Origin: Candidatus Marinacidobacterales bacterium
Lineage (GTDB): Bacteria > Acidobacteriota > Vicinamibacteria > Marinacidobacterales > DATDRI01
NCBI GenBank assembly: GCA_965226495.1
Contig: OZ245365.1
Span: 4,800,001 to 4,864,000, forward strand
Direction of reading: 5' to 3'
Length of the DNA stretch: 64,000 nucleotides
The notes beneath the pieces were generated by a model. That model was given only the letters and a program-made list of their open reading frames with translations. It searched no databases and was not told the DNA's origin. Numbering within the stretch: position 1 is the first letter of the stretch; each line of letters begins with the position of its first letter. Shown here piece by piece: positions 1 to 7,918 of this stretch. The translations under genes and the position numbers were made by a program.

Positions 1-1
1 G

Positions 2-244
2 CGAGTCATCGTCGCTGGCCTCGACCAAGACTACCTAGGCAAGCCCTTCGAACCGATCCCACAGTTACTCGCCATTGCGGAATACATCACCAAGACCTTG
101 GCCATCTGCATGCGTTGCGGAAACCCTGCGAATCACACCCAGCGACTCGTCACGTCTCACGAGAGAGTCGTGGTCGGCGGCTCGGAGGCCTACGAAGCGC
201 GCTGTAGACGGTGCTTCGAGCCCGGCCCGGCGAGCGACAACTGA
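2..244 (+). CDS. tdk: Thymidine kinase, C-terminal part (5' truncated by window edge)
   Basis: Manual translation of frame 2: [18 protein letters not shown]...AICMRCG...[15 protein letters not shown]. Contains the GLD-x-D motif and the zinc-binding CxxC pairs of type II thymidine kinases. Confidence 0.93.
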   Translation, partial: RVIVAGLDQDYLGKPFEPIPQLLAIAEYITKTLAICMRCGNPANHTQRLVTSHERVVVGGSEAYEARCRRCFEPGPASDN

Positions 245-1308
245 ACCTTTCGCAGCCCTTCCACCCATAGGTTGGCGCCGAGCACTGCAAGGGTAAGCGC
301 CCCACCCGGCACGGCGAGCGTCCACCAGTATCGCGTCATCGAAGTGTAGTTCGAGGCCGCGGATGCCAACATGTTTCCCCAACTCGCATTCGGCTCTTGC
401 ACTCCAAGGCCTAAGAACGAAAGCGTCGCCTCACCCAAAAGGAAATACGGTAGCGTGAGCCCCACCTGCAACAGCAACAGAGGAAGCGTATTCGGAAGGA
501 TGTGCCGGAAGAAGAGTCGACTCCGGCCGGCCCCAGCGGCGACCGCGGACGTGGCAAATTCGCGCTCTCGCAGCGACAAAACGTGCCCTCGCACAAGTCG
601 TGAAACACCGCACCAGCCCACGAGCGCCAACGACCCAACCAGAATCAAGGCTGCCCAACCCGGGGCCAGGTCGTCAGGAAAGACGTTTCGGACCGCGAGA
701 ATCAGATAAAGCGCCGGGAGAGCCATGAAGAGCTCCGTCGACCGCATCAACCATCGATCCCAGACTCCTCCGCCAATAGCCGCCGCGGCTCCCACCAGAG
801 CGCCCAAGGTCACAGTGAGCAGAACGCCTAAGATCGCGGCGGTCGCACTAACCCTGGCACCATGGAGCACCCTCGACAGTAGGTCTCTTCCCAGAGCGTC
901 GGTACCCAGGAGATGGGCTCGGCAACCCTGAAATCCGAACAAATGAGTGGACCCATTCTCGTCCGCCACCAGCCAGCGAACCGAGCAGCCTGCGCTCGGA
1001 AGCGAAGGCGGATGGTGGAAGCTCTCCCGATCCTGGGATCGCGGGCTGTAGGGTGCCAAGAAGGAAGCCCCGAGTCCGGCGACCGCGATGACCGAAAGCA
1101 GGGCGATCCCGATGCGGGAACCTCTATCAATGCCGCGGGGCCCCACCCCCACGGCTTGTCCCTTCGCCGGCAAGCGGCTGCAGAACGGCTGAGGGCTCTT
1201 ATTATCAATGCCGCGGGGCCCCACCCCCACGGCTTGTCCCTTCGCCGGCAAGCGGCTGCAGGACGGCTGAGGGCTCTTATTAGCCCACCAACTTGGTTTC
1301 CACAACAT
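190..1308 (-). CDS. Oligopeptide/dipeptide ABC transporter permease (DppC/OppC type); true start uncertain and may lie within the repeats
   Basis: [25 protein letters not shown]-like loop ([11 protein letters not shown]...RHILPN) and LSFLGLG...WGNML motifs. The first ~60 codons are repeat-derived. Confidence 0.9.
   Translation of the reverse strand: MLWKPSWWANKSPQPSCSRLPAKGQAVGVGPRGIDNKSPQPFCSRLPAKGQAVGVGPRGIDRGSRIGIALLSVIAVAGLGASFLAPYSPRSQDRESFHHPPSLPSAGCSVRWLVADENGSTHLFGFQGCRAHLLGTDALGRDLLSRVLHGARVSATAAILGVLLTVTLGALVGAAAAIGGGVWDRWLMRSTELFMALPALYLILAVRNVFPDDLAPGWAALILVGSLALVGWCGVSRLVRGHVLSLREREFATSAVAAGAGRSRLFFRHILPNTLPLLLLQVGLTLPYFLLGEATLSFLGLGVQEPNASWGNMLASAASNYTSMTRYWWTLAVPGGALTLAVLGANLWVEGLRKVQLSLAGPGSKHRLQRAS
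1125..1282. repeat. Two tandem 78-bp copies of a dispersed GC-rich hairpin repeat
   Basis: 1125-1202 and 1203-1280 are identical except for one base (cagaacgg vs caggacgg). Confidence 0.95.
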
Positions 1309-1407
1309 TAGTGACTCACTGCGCGCTCACTCCACGTTCGCGCGCTTGCCGCCTCGCTCCTCGCTCGGCGGTCTGTTGTCGGCCCACTCGGGCCGGGCTC
1401 GCTCCCT

Positions 1408-1494
1408 TATCAATGCGGCGGGGTCCCCACCCCCACCGCCGTCCCTTCGCCGGCAAGCGGCTCCGGGACAGCTGATGGCTCCTCGCGCAAGGTG
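1408..1494. repeat. Third copy (variant) of the dispersed hairpin repeat
   Basis: Shares tatcaatg..gggg..ccccacccccac..gtcccttcgccggcaagcggct with copies 1-2. Near-identical to the reverse complement of 49022-49106. Confidence 0.92.
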
Positions 1495-1517
1495 CAGTGC
1501 GCTCCTTGAGCACCCTG

Positions 1518-2489
1518 CTAGCCTTCTTCCATTCTGATTCGTGGGTCGGCGGCGCCGGTCAACAGGTCCGCGATCAGATTGCCGAAGAGGATCAAGACCG
1601 ATGCAAGAACCAACACACCGAGCAGCAAGAACGAATCCCGGGCGAGCAATCCGCCGAATGCGAGCCTCCCCATACCCGGCCATCCGACAATCACCTCGAT
1701 GAGAAATGCGCCGTTCAAGAACCGCGCTAGAGAAGCACCCGCGAATGCGATGAGTGGGACCATTGCCGGCCGAAGACCGTAGCGCACGAGTATCTGGCTT
1801 TCGGTAAGACCACGGGAACGCGCCGCCCTCACGAACTCCGAGGGTAGGACTTCGAGTAAAGCGCCTCTAGCCTGCAGAAAGAAAAGAGGGGACATCGAAA
1901 AACTAAGGAGGAGCGCCGGCAACAGCAGATGCCGAGCATGATCCAACACCCGGCTCGACCATGGGAGCTCGAGAGAGCCGGCCATGGAGCCACCACCGGT
2001 TGGAAGCAAACCGGTGGCGGCGGCAATTCCCAAACCACCCACCGCGAGTACCAAAGTGGGAACCGAGACGGCCCCGAGTGCTAGGCCAGCGAGGATTCGA
2101 TCTAGCGATCGTCCCGGACGAACCATCGCGAGAAGGCCGAGCCCCAAACCGACGAGGGACGAAACGACCAAGGCCGTCAGCACGAGCGCAAGCGTATAGA
2201 GGGCGGCCTCGCCCAGGAGCTCCGCTACTGGACGTTGAAACCGCAGAGAGACGCCCAGGTCGCCGCGGACCGCTCCCGTCAGCCACGACAGGTATTGTTC
2301 ATACCAAGGTTTGTCGAGACCGAAGCGGCTCACTAACGCGTCGACCGTCGAGGGAGGGATCCCTGGATCCAGACGCAAGCGATCGACAAACGCGCCGGGC
2401 GCCAGGTGGAGGAGCAGAAACGAGAAGAAGCTCACCCCGAAGAGCAAGGGAATGGCAGCCAGCAATCTCGTGAGCGCCATACGAGCCAC
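1518..2489 (-). CDS. Oligopeptide/dipeptide ABC transporter permease (DppB/OppB type)
   Basis: FGLDKPWYEQY, GDLGVS, EFVRAARSRGL, IEVIVGWPGMGRL and ADPRIR motifs. Alternative ATG at 2480. Confidence 0.93.
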   Translation of the reverse strand: MARMALTRLLAAIPLLFGVSFFSFLLLHLAPGAFVDRLRLDPGIPPSTVDALVSRFGLDKPWYEQYLSWLTGAVRGDLGVSLRFQRPVAELLGEAALYTLALVLTALVVSSLVGLGLGLLAMVRPGRSLDRILAGLALGAVSVPTLVLAVGGLGIAAATGLLPTGGGSMAGSLELPWSSRVLDHARHLLLPALLLSFSMSPLFFLQARGALLEVLPSEFVRAARSRGLTESQILVRYGLRPAMVPLIAFAGASLARFLNGAFLIEVIVGWPGMGRLAFGGLLARDSFLLLGVLVLASVLILFGNLIADLLTGAADPRIRMEEG

Positions 2490-2569
2490 GACGCGTCAAG
2501 CCTCGACAACAGGTCGCTTAGGGCGTGGGTAACAAACCCTCATGGGGGCCAGAAGATTCCGCCGCTCGT

Positions 2570-5080
2570 TTATCCCACGCGGCGATCGGTCTTGTCCTCG
2601 GCTCCGAAGAGGCTGGGCTGATGTGCGGTGCGATCGGACTCCTCCGGTCTCCGGCGACGCATCTTTCGACGACTCTTTTGATCGTACATGTTTCTATCCG
2701 CCGCCATGAGCAGCGACTCGAGATCGTCGCCGTCGGCGGAGAAAGCCGCGAGCCCGAGGGATATGCCAACGCTCAACATCTTTCCGATCCCGACGTCGAT
2801 GTCGGATGTCTCCACGACCTCCTGCAGCCGACGGGAGAACTGAACGGCCTGTTCCATCGTGGTTTTTGGCAAGACAGCAATGAACTCGTCCCCGGCATAG
2901 CGGACCAACACGTCACTGTCTCGCATCTCGGCCTTCAGGATGCGTCCCACTTCTTTGAGGAACCGATCCCCGGCATGATGACCGAAACGGTCGTTGACGC
3001 TCTTGAAGTCGTCCAGGTCCAGCTCGATGACGGTGAGCGGCTCGTCGTAGCGTTTGGCTTCCGAAAGGGTCTGCTCGAAGAAAATGTAGAGGAAGCGCGA
3101 GTTCGCCAGACCGGTCAAGCGATCGGTGAAGGCGTCCTCCTGGGTCTCCTCGAAGCGAATGGCGTTGTAGAGCGCGATCGATGAACGGTTGGCGATGATC
3201 TCCATCAACCGCACATGGTCATGCGAATACCGCTCGTTCCCCGACCAATAGAGCGCGATCGTTCCGAGCGGTCGTTCCTCGTGAACCAACGGAGCCAAGA
3301 TGGAGTTGTGGTAGTTCTTTCGGAACTGCTCAGGAAGAAGCATCACGTCCGGACCTGGGTGCACGTTGTAGAGCATACGGTTGTTGGCGGCCACCCAACC
3401 CGCCAATCGGGTCCCGAACTCGATGGACACCTCCTTGAAGGCGTCTGGGTTTTGCCCGGTGATGTGAGCAGGTGTTAGTACTCCCTGGCCATCGTCCACC
3501 AGATAGATGACGAGCGTGCTAAACGGAATGATCTTCTCGATCTTGGATGCAATGATGGTGAGCGTGTCGGGACGGGACAAGGAGTTGCCAATGGTCTGCA
3601 AGATTTCGAATAGAGCAAATACCTCCCGCTGCGGCTCGGAGATAGAGTCGCTAAAAGCGGGTGCCTGAGGCACGCCCACGATGTCCGGCATCCGTTTCCT
3701 GTCTCGATACTCCTTCGGCGCCGCCATCTCCCGCACCGCCAATGTTCCTAGCTGCTCGTCGAGCTCATCTACGATCTCCAGGAATTTGTTGAAGACCCGG
3801 GGATCGAACCGATGTGCTTCCCGTTTCATGGTCGAGATTGCCGTTTCCCGATCCAGGGAGCGGCGGTAGACTCGGCGGGCGGTGAGCGCCTCGTAACAAT
3901 CGGCAACCGACATGATCCGGGAGCCAAACGGGATCTCTTCGCCTTTGAGCCCGTCCGGGTAACCGCTCCCGTCCCAATTCTCGTGATGATGTTTCACATA
4001 GGGAATGACCGGTACCGGAAAGTCGATAGTGGAGAGGATCTGAGCACCCACCGCTGGGTGCGTACTCATCTTCTGGAACTCCCTTTCCGTCAAACGCGTG
4101 GGTTTGTGAAGGATGTACGACGGGATCGAGATCTTGCCCACATCGTGTAACACGGAGGCGAACCAAAGTCCCTCATAAGTCTTATCGTCGACACCCAACG
4201 CGCGCGCCAATGCCAGTGTCAGCAAACGGGTGCGCTGAATATGTGTACTGGTGTGATGCTTGTAGTCAGTATGGAGCTCTAGCGCGTCGATCGAGAGCGC
4301 GAAGGCCTCCGCGGTCTGATAGTAGAGCTGGGTCAGGTCCTCGTACTTCTCGTTGTAGAAATGATGGGCGTAGTAAACCACCAGAAGGATAGGGAGACCG
4401 AGCAGGAAAGCCCAGGGCCCGGCTACTTGATGGAAAAAGAAGATGACGGCTGCCCCGGAAGCGGAAGCGAGAAAGTAAAGGGGAACCAAAGGTAGATTCT
4501 GTCGCCACATGGCCCAGAAGCCACCTCGACCGGTTACCGCCATCATGGCGTGCATCGATGCCGAATTGATGAGGAAGTAGGTTCCAGCCAACAAGACGAC
4601 CGGAGGAATTATTTGATAGGCGCTTGTCAATTCCGGAGGCACGAAGGCGTAATACACATGACCATAGACGAAGGCGAAGATGCCACCTGATGCAGTATTG
4701 AAGATGGCTTGACTGCTCTTCCAGCCTAGGCTCTTGGATCGATGTACCAGCTGCTTCTTCTTGGTCGTGAACCAGTAACCGACCAAGTGAAAGAGGCCGT
4801 TCGCGACGACCCCCGGCGCCACTCCGTAGATCAGGGTGACGGAGAGAATCAAACAGTCGGCGACGGCCATCCAGGTGTTGGTGCGGGGGATTCGAACGAC
4901 CCATTTGGAGCTGAGCGAAGCGACGGCGGTCAGGGCGGCGAGGGATATCCAGTCCTGCCAAGTGTAAACTTGCCGGAGTTGGATGAGATTATGGACGGCC
5001 CAGACGAAAATAGGGACCGCCGCGGCGACGGATGCCGCAATATAAAGTTTGACTCTGGCTGGCCGATTTTGCCAGTCCAA
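2570..5080 (-). CDS. Multi-pass membrane sensor with HD-GYP, GAF and GGDEF domains (c-di-GMP metabolism)
   Basis: Hydrophobic N-terminal ~240 aa. LHDVGKI and HHENWDGSGYPDGL (HD-GYP), a GAF-like segment, then TDRLTGLAN, DLDDFKSVND and RDSD..RYAGDEF (GGDEF variant with RxxD). Confidence 0.92.
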   Translation of the reverse strand: MDWQNRPARVKLYIAASVAAAVPIFVWAVHNLIQLRQVYTWQDWISLAALTAVASLSSKWVVRIPRTNTWMAVADCLILSVTLIYGVAPGVVANGLFHLVGYWFTTKKKQLVHRSKSLGWKSSQAIFNTASGGIFAFVYGHVYYAFVPPELTSAYQIIPPVVLLAGTYFLINSASMHAMMAVTGRGGFWAMWRQNLPLVPLYFLASASGAAVIFFFHQVAGPWAFLLGLPILLVVYYAHHFYNEKYEDLTQLYYQTAEAFALSIDALELHTDYKHHTSTHIQRTRLLTLALARALGVDDKTYEGLWFASVLHDVGKISIPSYILHKPTRLTEREFQKMSTHPAVGAQILSTIDFPVPVIPYVKHHHENWDGSGYPDGLKGEEIPFGSRIMSVADCYEALTARRVYRRSLDRETAISTMKREAHRFDPRVFNKFLEIVDELDEQLGTLAVREMAAPKEYRDRKRMPDIVGVPQAPAFSDSISEPQREVFALFEILQTIGNSLSRPDTLTIIASKIEKIIPFSTLVIYLVDDGQGVLTPAHITGQNPDAFKEVSIEFGTRLAGWVAANNRMLYNVHPGPDVMLLPEQFRKNYHNSILAPLVHEERPLGTIALYWSGNERYSHDHVRLMEIIANRSSIALYNAIRFEETQEDAFTDRLTGLANSRFLYIFFEQTLSEAKRYDEPLTVIELDLDDFKSVNDRFGHHAGDRFLKEVGRILKAEMRDSDVLVRYAGDEFIAVLPKTTMEQAVQFSRRLQEVVETSDIDVGIGKMLSVGISLGLAAFSADGDDLESLLMAADRNMYDQKSRRKMRRRRPEESDRTAHQPSLFGAEDKTDRRVG

Positions 5081-5220
5081 CTGTGGCTCCCGGTTAGCAG
5101 AAAGAAAAGTCGAGTTAAGAGAGACTTCTATTTAAAAGTCCGATTCGATGACTGCTTTTCTTTTCCCCGTTACCGGGTTCATATTAATGAATGAGAACGG
5201 CGACAGAATGGAGAGAGGCG

Positions 5221-5250
5221 ATAGTAGCACAGCGGTACTGTGCCGGTCAA
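5221..5250 (-). promoter_or_regulatory. Sigma70-like promoter for the HD-GYP/GGDEF gene, with a dyad in the spacer
   Basis: Minus strand TTGACC-N18-TACTAT with an extended TG. The spacer contains GCACAG-N5-CTGTGC. Confidence 0.55.
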
Positions 5251-5273
5251 GATACTTGGGCGGGAAGCAAGCT

Positions 5274-5297
5274 GGAGGCCGCCGGGGGGCGGCCTCC
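5274..5297. terminator. Perfect 10-bp GC hairpin downstream of the micropeptide ORFs (terminator or stabilising stem)
   Basis: ggaggccgcc-gggg-ggcggcctcc. No strong U-tract follows. Confidence 0.5.
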
Positions 5298-5344
5298 CTC
5301 GCAAAGTCAATCAATTCAGGACGATCGGGTAACCAGCTTTTCTT

Positions 5345-5371
5345 CTAGACCCAAAGGATTCCGCGATTCAT
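5345..5371 (-). CDS. Micropeptide MNRGILWV (8 aa)
   Basis: atg aat cgc gga atc ctt tgg gtc tag. Paralog of 5582-5608 with synonymous differences. Weak RBS. Confidence 0.55.
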   Translation of the reverse strand: MNRGILWV

Positions 5372-5416
5372 GACATACACCGTTTCGGTTAATTGGTTAA
5401 CTTTCGGAGCCGACTA

Positions 5417-5512
5417 TTAGTTCCAAATCATCCCAGCAGCAGGAGCGGTCCGCTCTTCGAGCTCTTCCACGGTTAGTTCAACGATTTCGATGTTGTCGTT
5501 TTGAGTTTCCAT
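5417..5512 (-). CDS. 31-aa leader/core-type peptide METQNDNIEIVELTVEELEERTAPAAGMIWN
   Basis: Purine-rich RBS gaaagaaaggga upstream of ATG and a double stop TAA TAG. Acidic leader-like N-terminus and a GMIWN C-terminus matching the flanking micropeptides. Confidence 0.75.
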   Translation of the reverse strand: METQNDNIEIVELTVEELEERTAPAAGMIWN

Positions 5513-5581
5513 TGTTAGTCCCTTTCTTTCAATTAGTTGCGCCAGATTTAACTGAAAATCAAGAAATAAGCAATTTGAAAA

Positions 5582-5608
5582 CTAAACCCACAAAATTCCC
5601 TTGGTCAT
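5582..5608 (-). CDS. Micropeptide MTKGILWV (8 aa)
   Basis: GGAGGTGA-ccg-atg acc aag gga att ttg tgg gtt tag. Textbook Shine-Dalgarno. Paralog of 5345-5371. Confidence 0.7.
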   Translation of the reverse strand: MTKGILWV

Positions 5609-6035
5609 CGGTCACCTCCGTGAGATGCCCGACCTGGAAGGACACGCCGACCGGGCCGGGGATTGGGAAGGAAGCCCCCCTTGGAGGGATCTTCGCTCCC
5701 GGACTGAAAGGTTGAGTTGTTAAGAGGAGTGGTTCGGGTAAGCCAGCGGAAGGGGACTTGTTGGAACTGTCATGAATTCAAATAAAGGTCTTTGAATAAC
5801 TCAAGAACCCTTGGTGCAGCCCCTTTAGACCCACCGAAATTACCTACAAACCCTGCCTCTCGACCTCACCTCCTTGGACACTTAACCCACCGAACTTACA
5901 ACTCGAAACGTCTGCTATTTCTTGGACTTTTACTCTACGGTGGGAAAATACTCCGAGCACACCCGACAGTCAGTGACCGGGATCACCAAAGAGAAAATAT
6001 GGGATTTTCCCCCCGTTTTTCGGTTGTACCCTAAA

Positions 6036-7775
6036 TCACCTTATTAAGTAAAGTGCTTCGCTGTTCCAGAGGGTAGGGTGCCAGAAGGGCGTCGGCTCGA
6101 GGTTCCCGAGCCGGACGGTGGTACCCACCAAGGCGTGCGGCACGACCAGATCGATGACGGGGAGCTCTTCGACCACCAAGGCCTGCAGCTCGTCGATCAA
6201 TCCTTTGCGAGCTTCGTATTCGACCGCCATCATCTGCTGCTCCATCAGCTCGTCCAATCGCGCTTCCCATACAGAGGCGGGTTGCGACTGAGAGGGATGC
6301 CATACGTGCAAGGGCGAATGGCTGAGCCAAAGAGGCCTCTGCGTGGACGGATCGGGATCGGTAAAGCTAATCCCGAAGAGGCATGCCTGGTAGTCGAATG
6401 TACGCGTGATTCGGCTTATTAGGGTGGCGAAATCGAGCGAAACGAGGCTCATTTCGACCCCGATCCGCGCGAGGTCTTCTTGGATGAGCGTGGCCGTCTT
6501 CACGCGGGAGGGGTTGTTGGCGTTGGTGAGGAGCGTGAACCGCACGCGTTCTCCCCTTGGACCCACAAGCACTTCTCTCTCCTCGGTGAAGCCGGCCTGC
6601 GCCAGCAGTTCTCGAGCACGCTGCGGATCGTAGGGCGGAGGAGCGATAGACTCGTTCCACCACCGTCGGTTTGCCGAGGTGATGGGGCCGGCCGCCGGAG
6701 AAGCCAAACCCGCGTAGACGGCCTTCACGATGGATTGCCGGTCGATGGCCAGGGAAATGGCCCTTCGGAAGCGTCGATCGGTGAACCACGCTCGTTGCTC
6801 GGGCGACACCGAGCTCTCCGGGTTGAGATTGAACCAGATGCGCTCGGGAGTCGTCCCAGGGCCCAGATCGATGAGGCGCCGATCCGGAGCATCCTTCTCC
6901 CTGAAGCTGATGAAGTCCTCCGGCGGCAAGGGACTCAGAAGGTCGAGCTCCCCAGAGCCGAAGCGAAGCGCCAGAGCGTTCGCATCGGATAGGATTTCGA
7001 AAGTGATTCCGTCCAAATAAGGAAGCTGCTCTCCGTCCGGTCCGTACTTCCAGTAGTTGGGGTTGCGGCGGAGAACCACTCTCTGGCCAGGCACATACCG
7101 CTCGAGGACGAACGGGCCTAGACCTACGATCCCCTCAGAAACCCCGATTCCGTATTCGGATGCGAAGCTCCCATCCTCGAGCGAGGCTTGGAGCCTATGT
7201 CGAGGCAGGACCGGAATGCTATCGAAGATCCTCTCCACCACCGCGGTACGACGGGGTAGTCGGAACCGAACTGTTAACGGATCGACGACCTCTGGAACCA
7301 GAGGCTTCCCTTCGACCATCGCCGTTTCGACGAGCGGACTCGCCACTGCAGGATCATGCAAAGCCTGAAATGTGAACGCGACATCTGCAGCGGTCAGAGG
7401 CGTGCCATCTGAAAAACGGACATCGGGCCGGAGCTTGAAAGTCAGCTCCCGACTGTCCTCAGAGAAGGACCACGATTCGGCGAGCTCGGGCTCGAGCTCC
7501 TGCGTCAGCCGATTGACCCTTAGCAGAGCGGCGTGCAGACGCTCGGTAATTTGGTGGCTCACTTCATCGGTCGCAAGAAGTCGGTTCCAAGTCTGCGGCT
7601 CGCTGCGAATCCCCACTCGCAGCATGCCGCCGGCGACCGGGGTGCCGGGGATGGACGAATCCCCTTGGACCGCCTCCTCCTCCGTCAAACGGCACTGAGG
7701 GGCGATGAAGAGCGCCATGGTGGCGAGCGCAAGGGGCAAGGTAGATGCGCGTGACATCCACGTCATTGGGCCCAA
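6036..7775 (-). CDS. ABC transporter substrate-binding protein, family 5 (peptide/nickel type)
   Basis: N-terminal signal/lipoprotein-like segment. PELAESWSFS..TFKLRPDVRFSDGTPLTAADVAFTF, GLGPF and FRRAISLAIDR motifs. Confidence 0.93.
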   Translation of the reverse strand: MGPMTWMSRASTLPLALATMALFIAPQCRLTEEEAVQGDSSIPGTPVAGGMLRVGIRSEPQTWNRLLATDEVSHQITERLHAALLRVNRLTQELEPELAESWSFSEDSRELTFKLRPDVRFSDGTPLTAADVAFTFQALHDPAVASPLVETAMVEGKPLVPEVVDPLTVRFRLPRRTAVVERIFDSIPVLPRHRLQASLEDGSFASEYGIGVSEGIVGLGPFVLERYVPGQRVVLRRNPNYWKYGPDGEQLPYLDGITFEILSDANALALRFGSGELDLLSPLPPEDFISFREKDAPDRRLIDLGPGTTPERIWFNLNPESSVSPEQRAWFTDRRFRRAISLAIDRQSIVKAVYAGLASPAAGPITSANRRWWNESIAPPPYDPQRARELLAQAGFTEEREVLVGPRGERVRFTLLTNANNPSRVKTATLIQEDLARIGVEMSLVSLDFATLISRITRTFDYQACLFGISFTDPDPSTQRPLWLSHSPLHVWHPSQSQPASVWEARLDELMEQQMMAVEYEARKGLIDELQALVVEELPVIDLVVPHALVGTTVRLGNLEPTPFWHPTLWNSEALYLIR

Positions 7776-7918
7776 CCTTTCGTTGATGACTGTTTACGGA
7801 ACGTTACATTCTCCAATAATGAATACTGAATAGCCAGAGGTTTCCGTGGCGACGGTTACAGTCCCCAAGATCTTGCGGGGAAGCCCGATAGTGAGCTAAG
7901 GTTAACTGAATTCAAGAC

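Noticed and set aside
1125-1494. Tandem repeats as a CRISPR array
   Set aside because: The 78-bp units abut with no unique spacers, and related copies are dispersed elsewhere.
5345-5512. Stop-codon readthrough fusing the 31-aa peptide to in-frame MNRGILWV
   Set aside because: The two ORFs are in frame but separated by consecutive TAA TAG stops. Shared frame has a 1-in-3 chance.
5530-5546. Sigma54-like TGGCGC...TTGA upstream of the 31-aa peptide
   Set aside because: Spacing is off by one, the -12 GC is missing, and it is too close to the RBS.
5512-6034. Plus-strand ORFs 5512-5715 and 5792-6034 from the ORF track
   Set aside because: TTG starts without a clear RBS and no motifs; the first is antisense to the better-supported MTKGILWV ORF.
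5081-6035. c-di-GMP riboswitch or tRNA in the long intergenic region
   Set aside because: No recognisable GEMM or cloverleaf motifs by eye. An Rfam/Infernal scan would be needed to exclude them fully.
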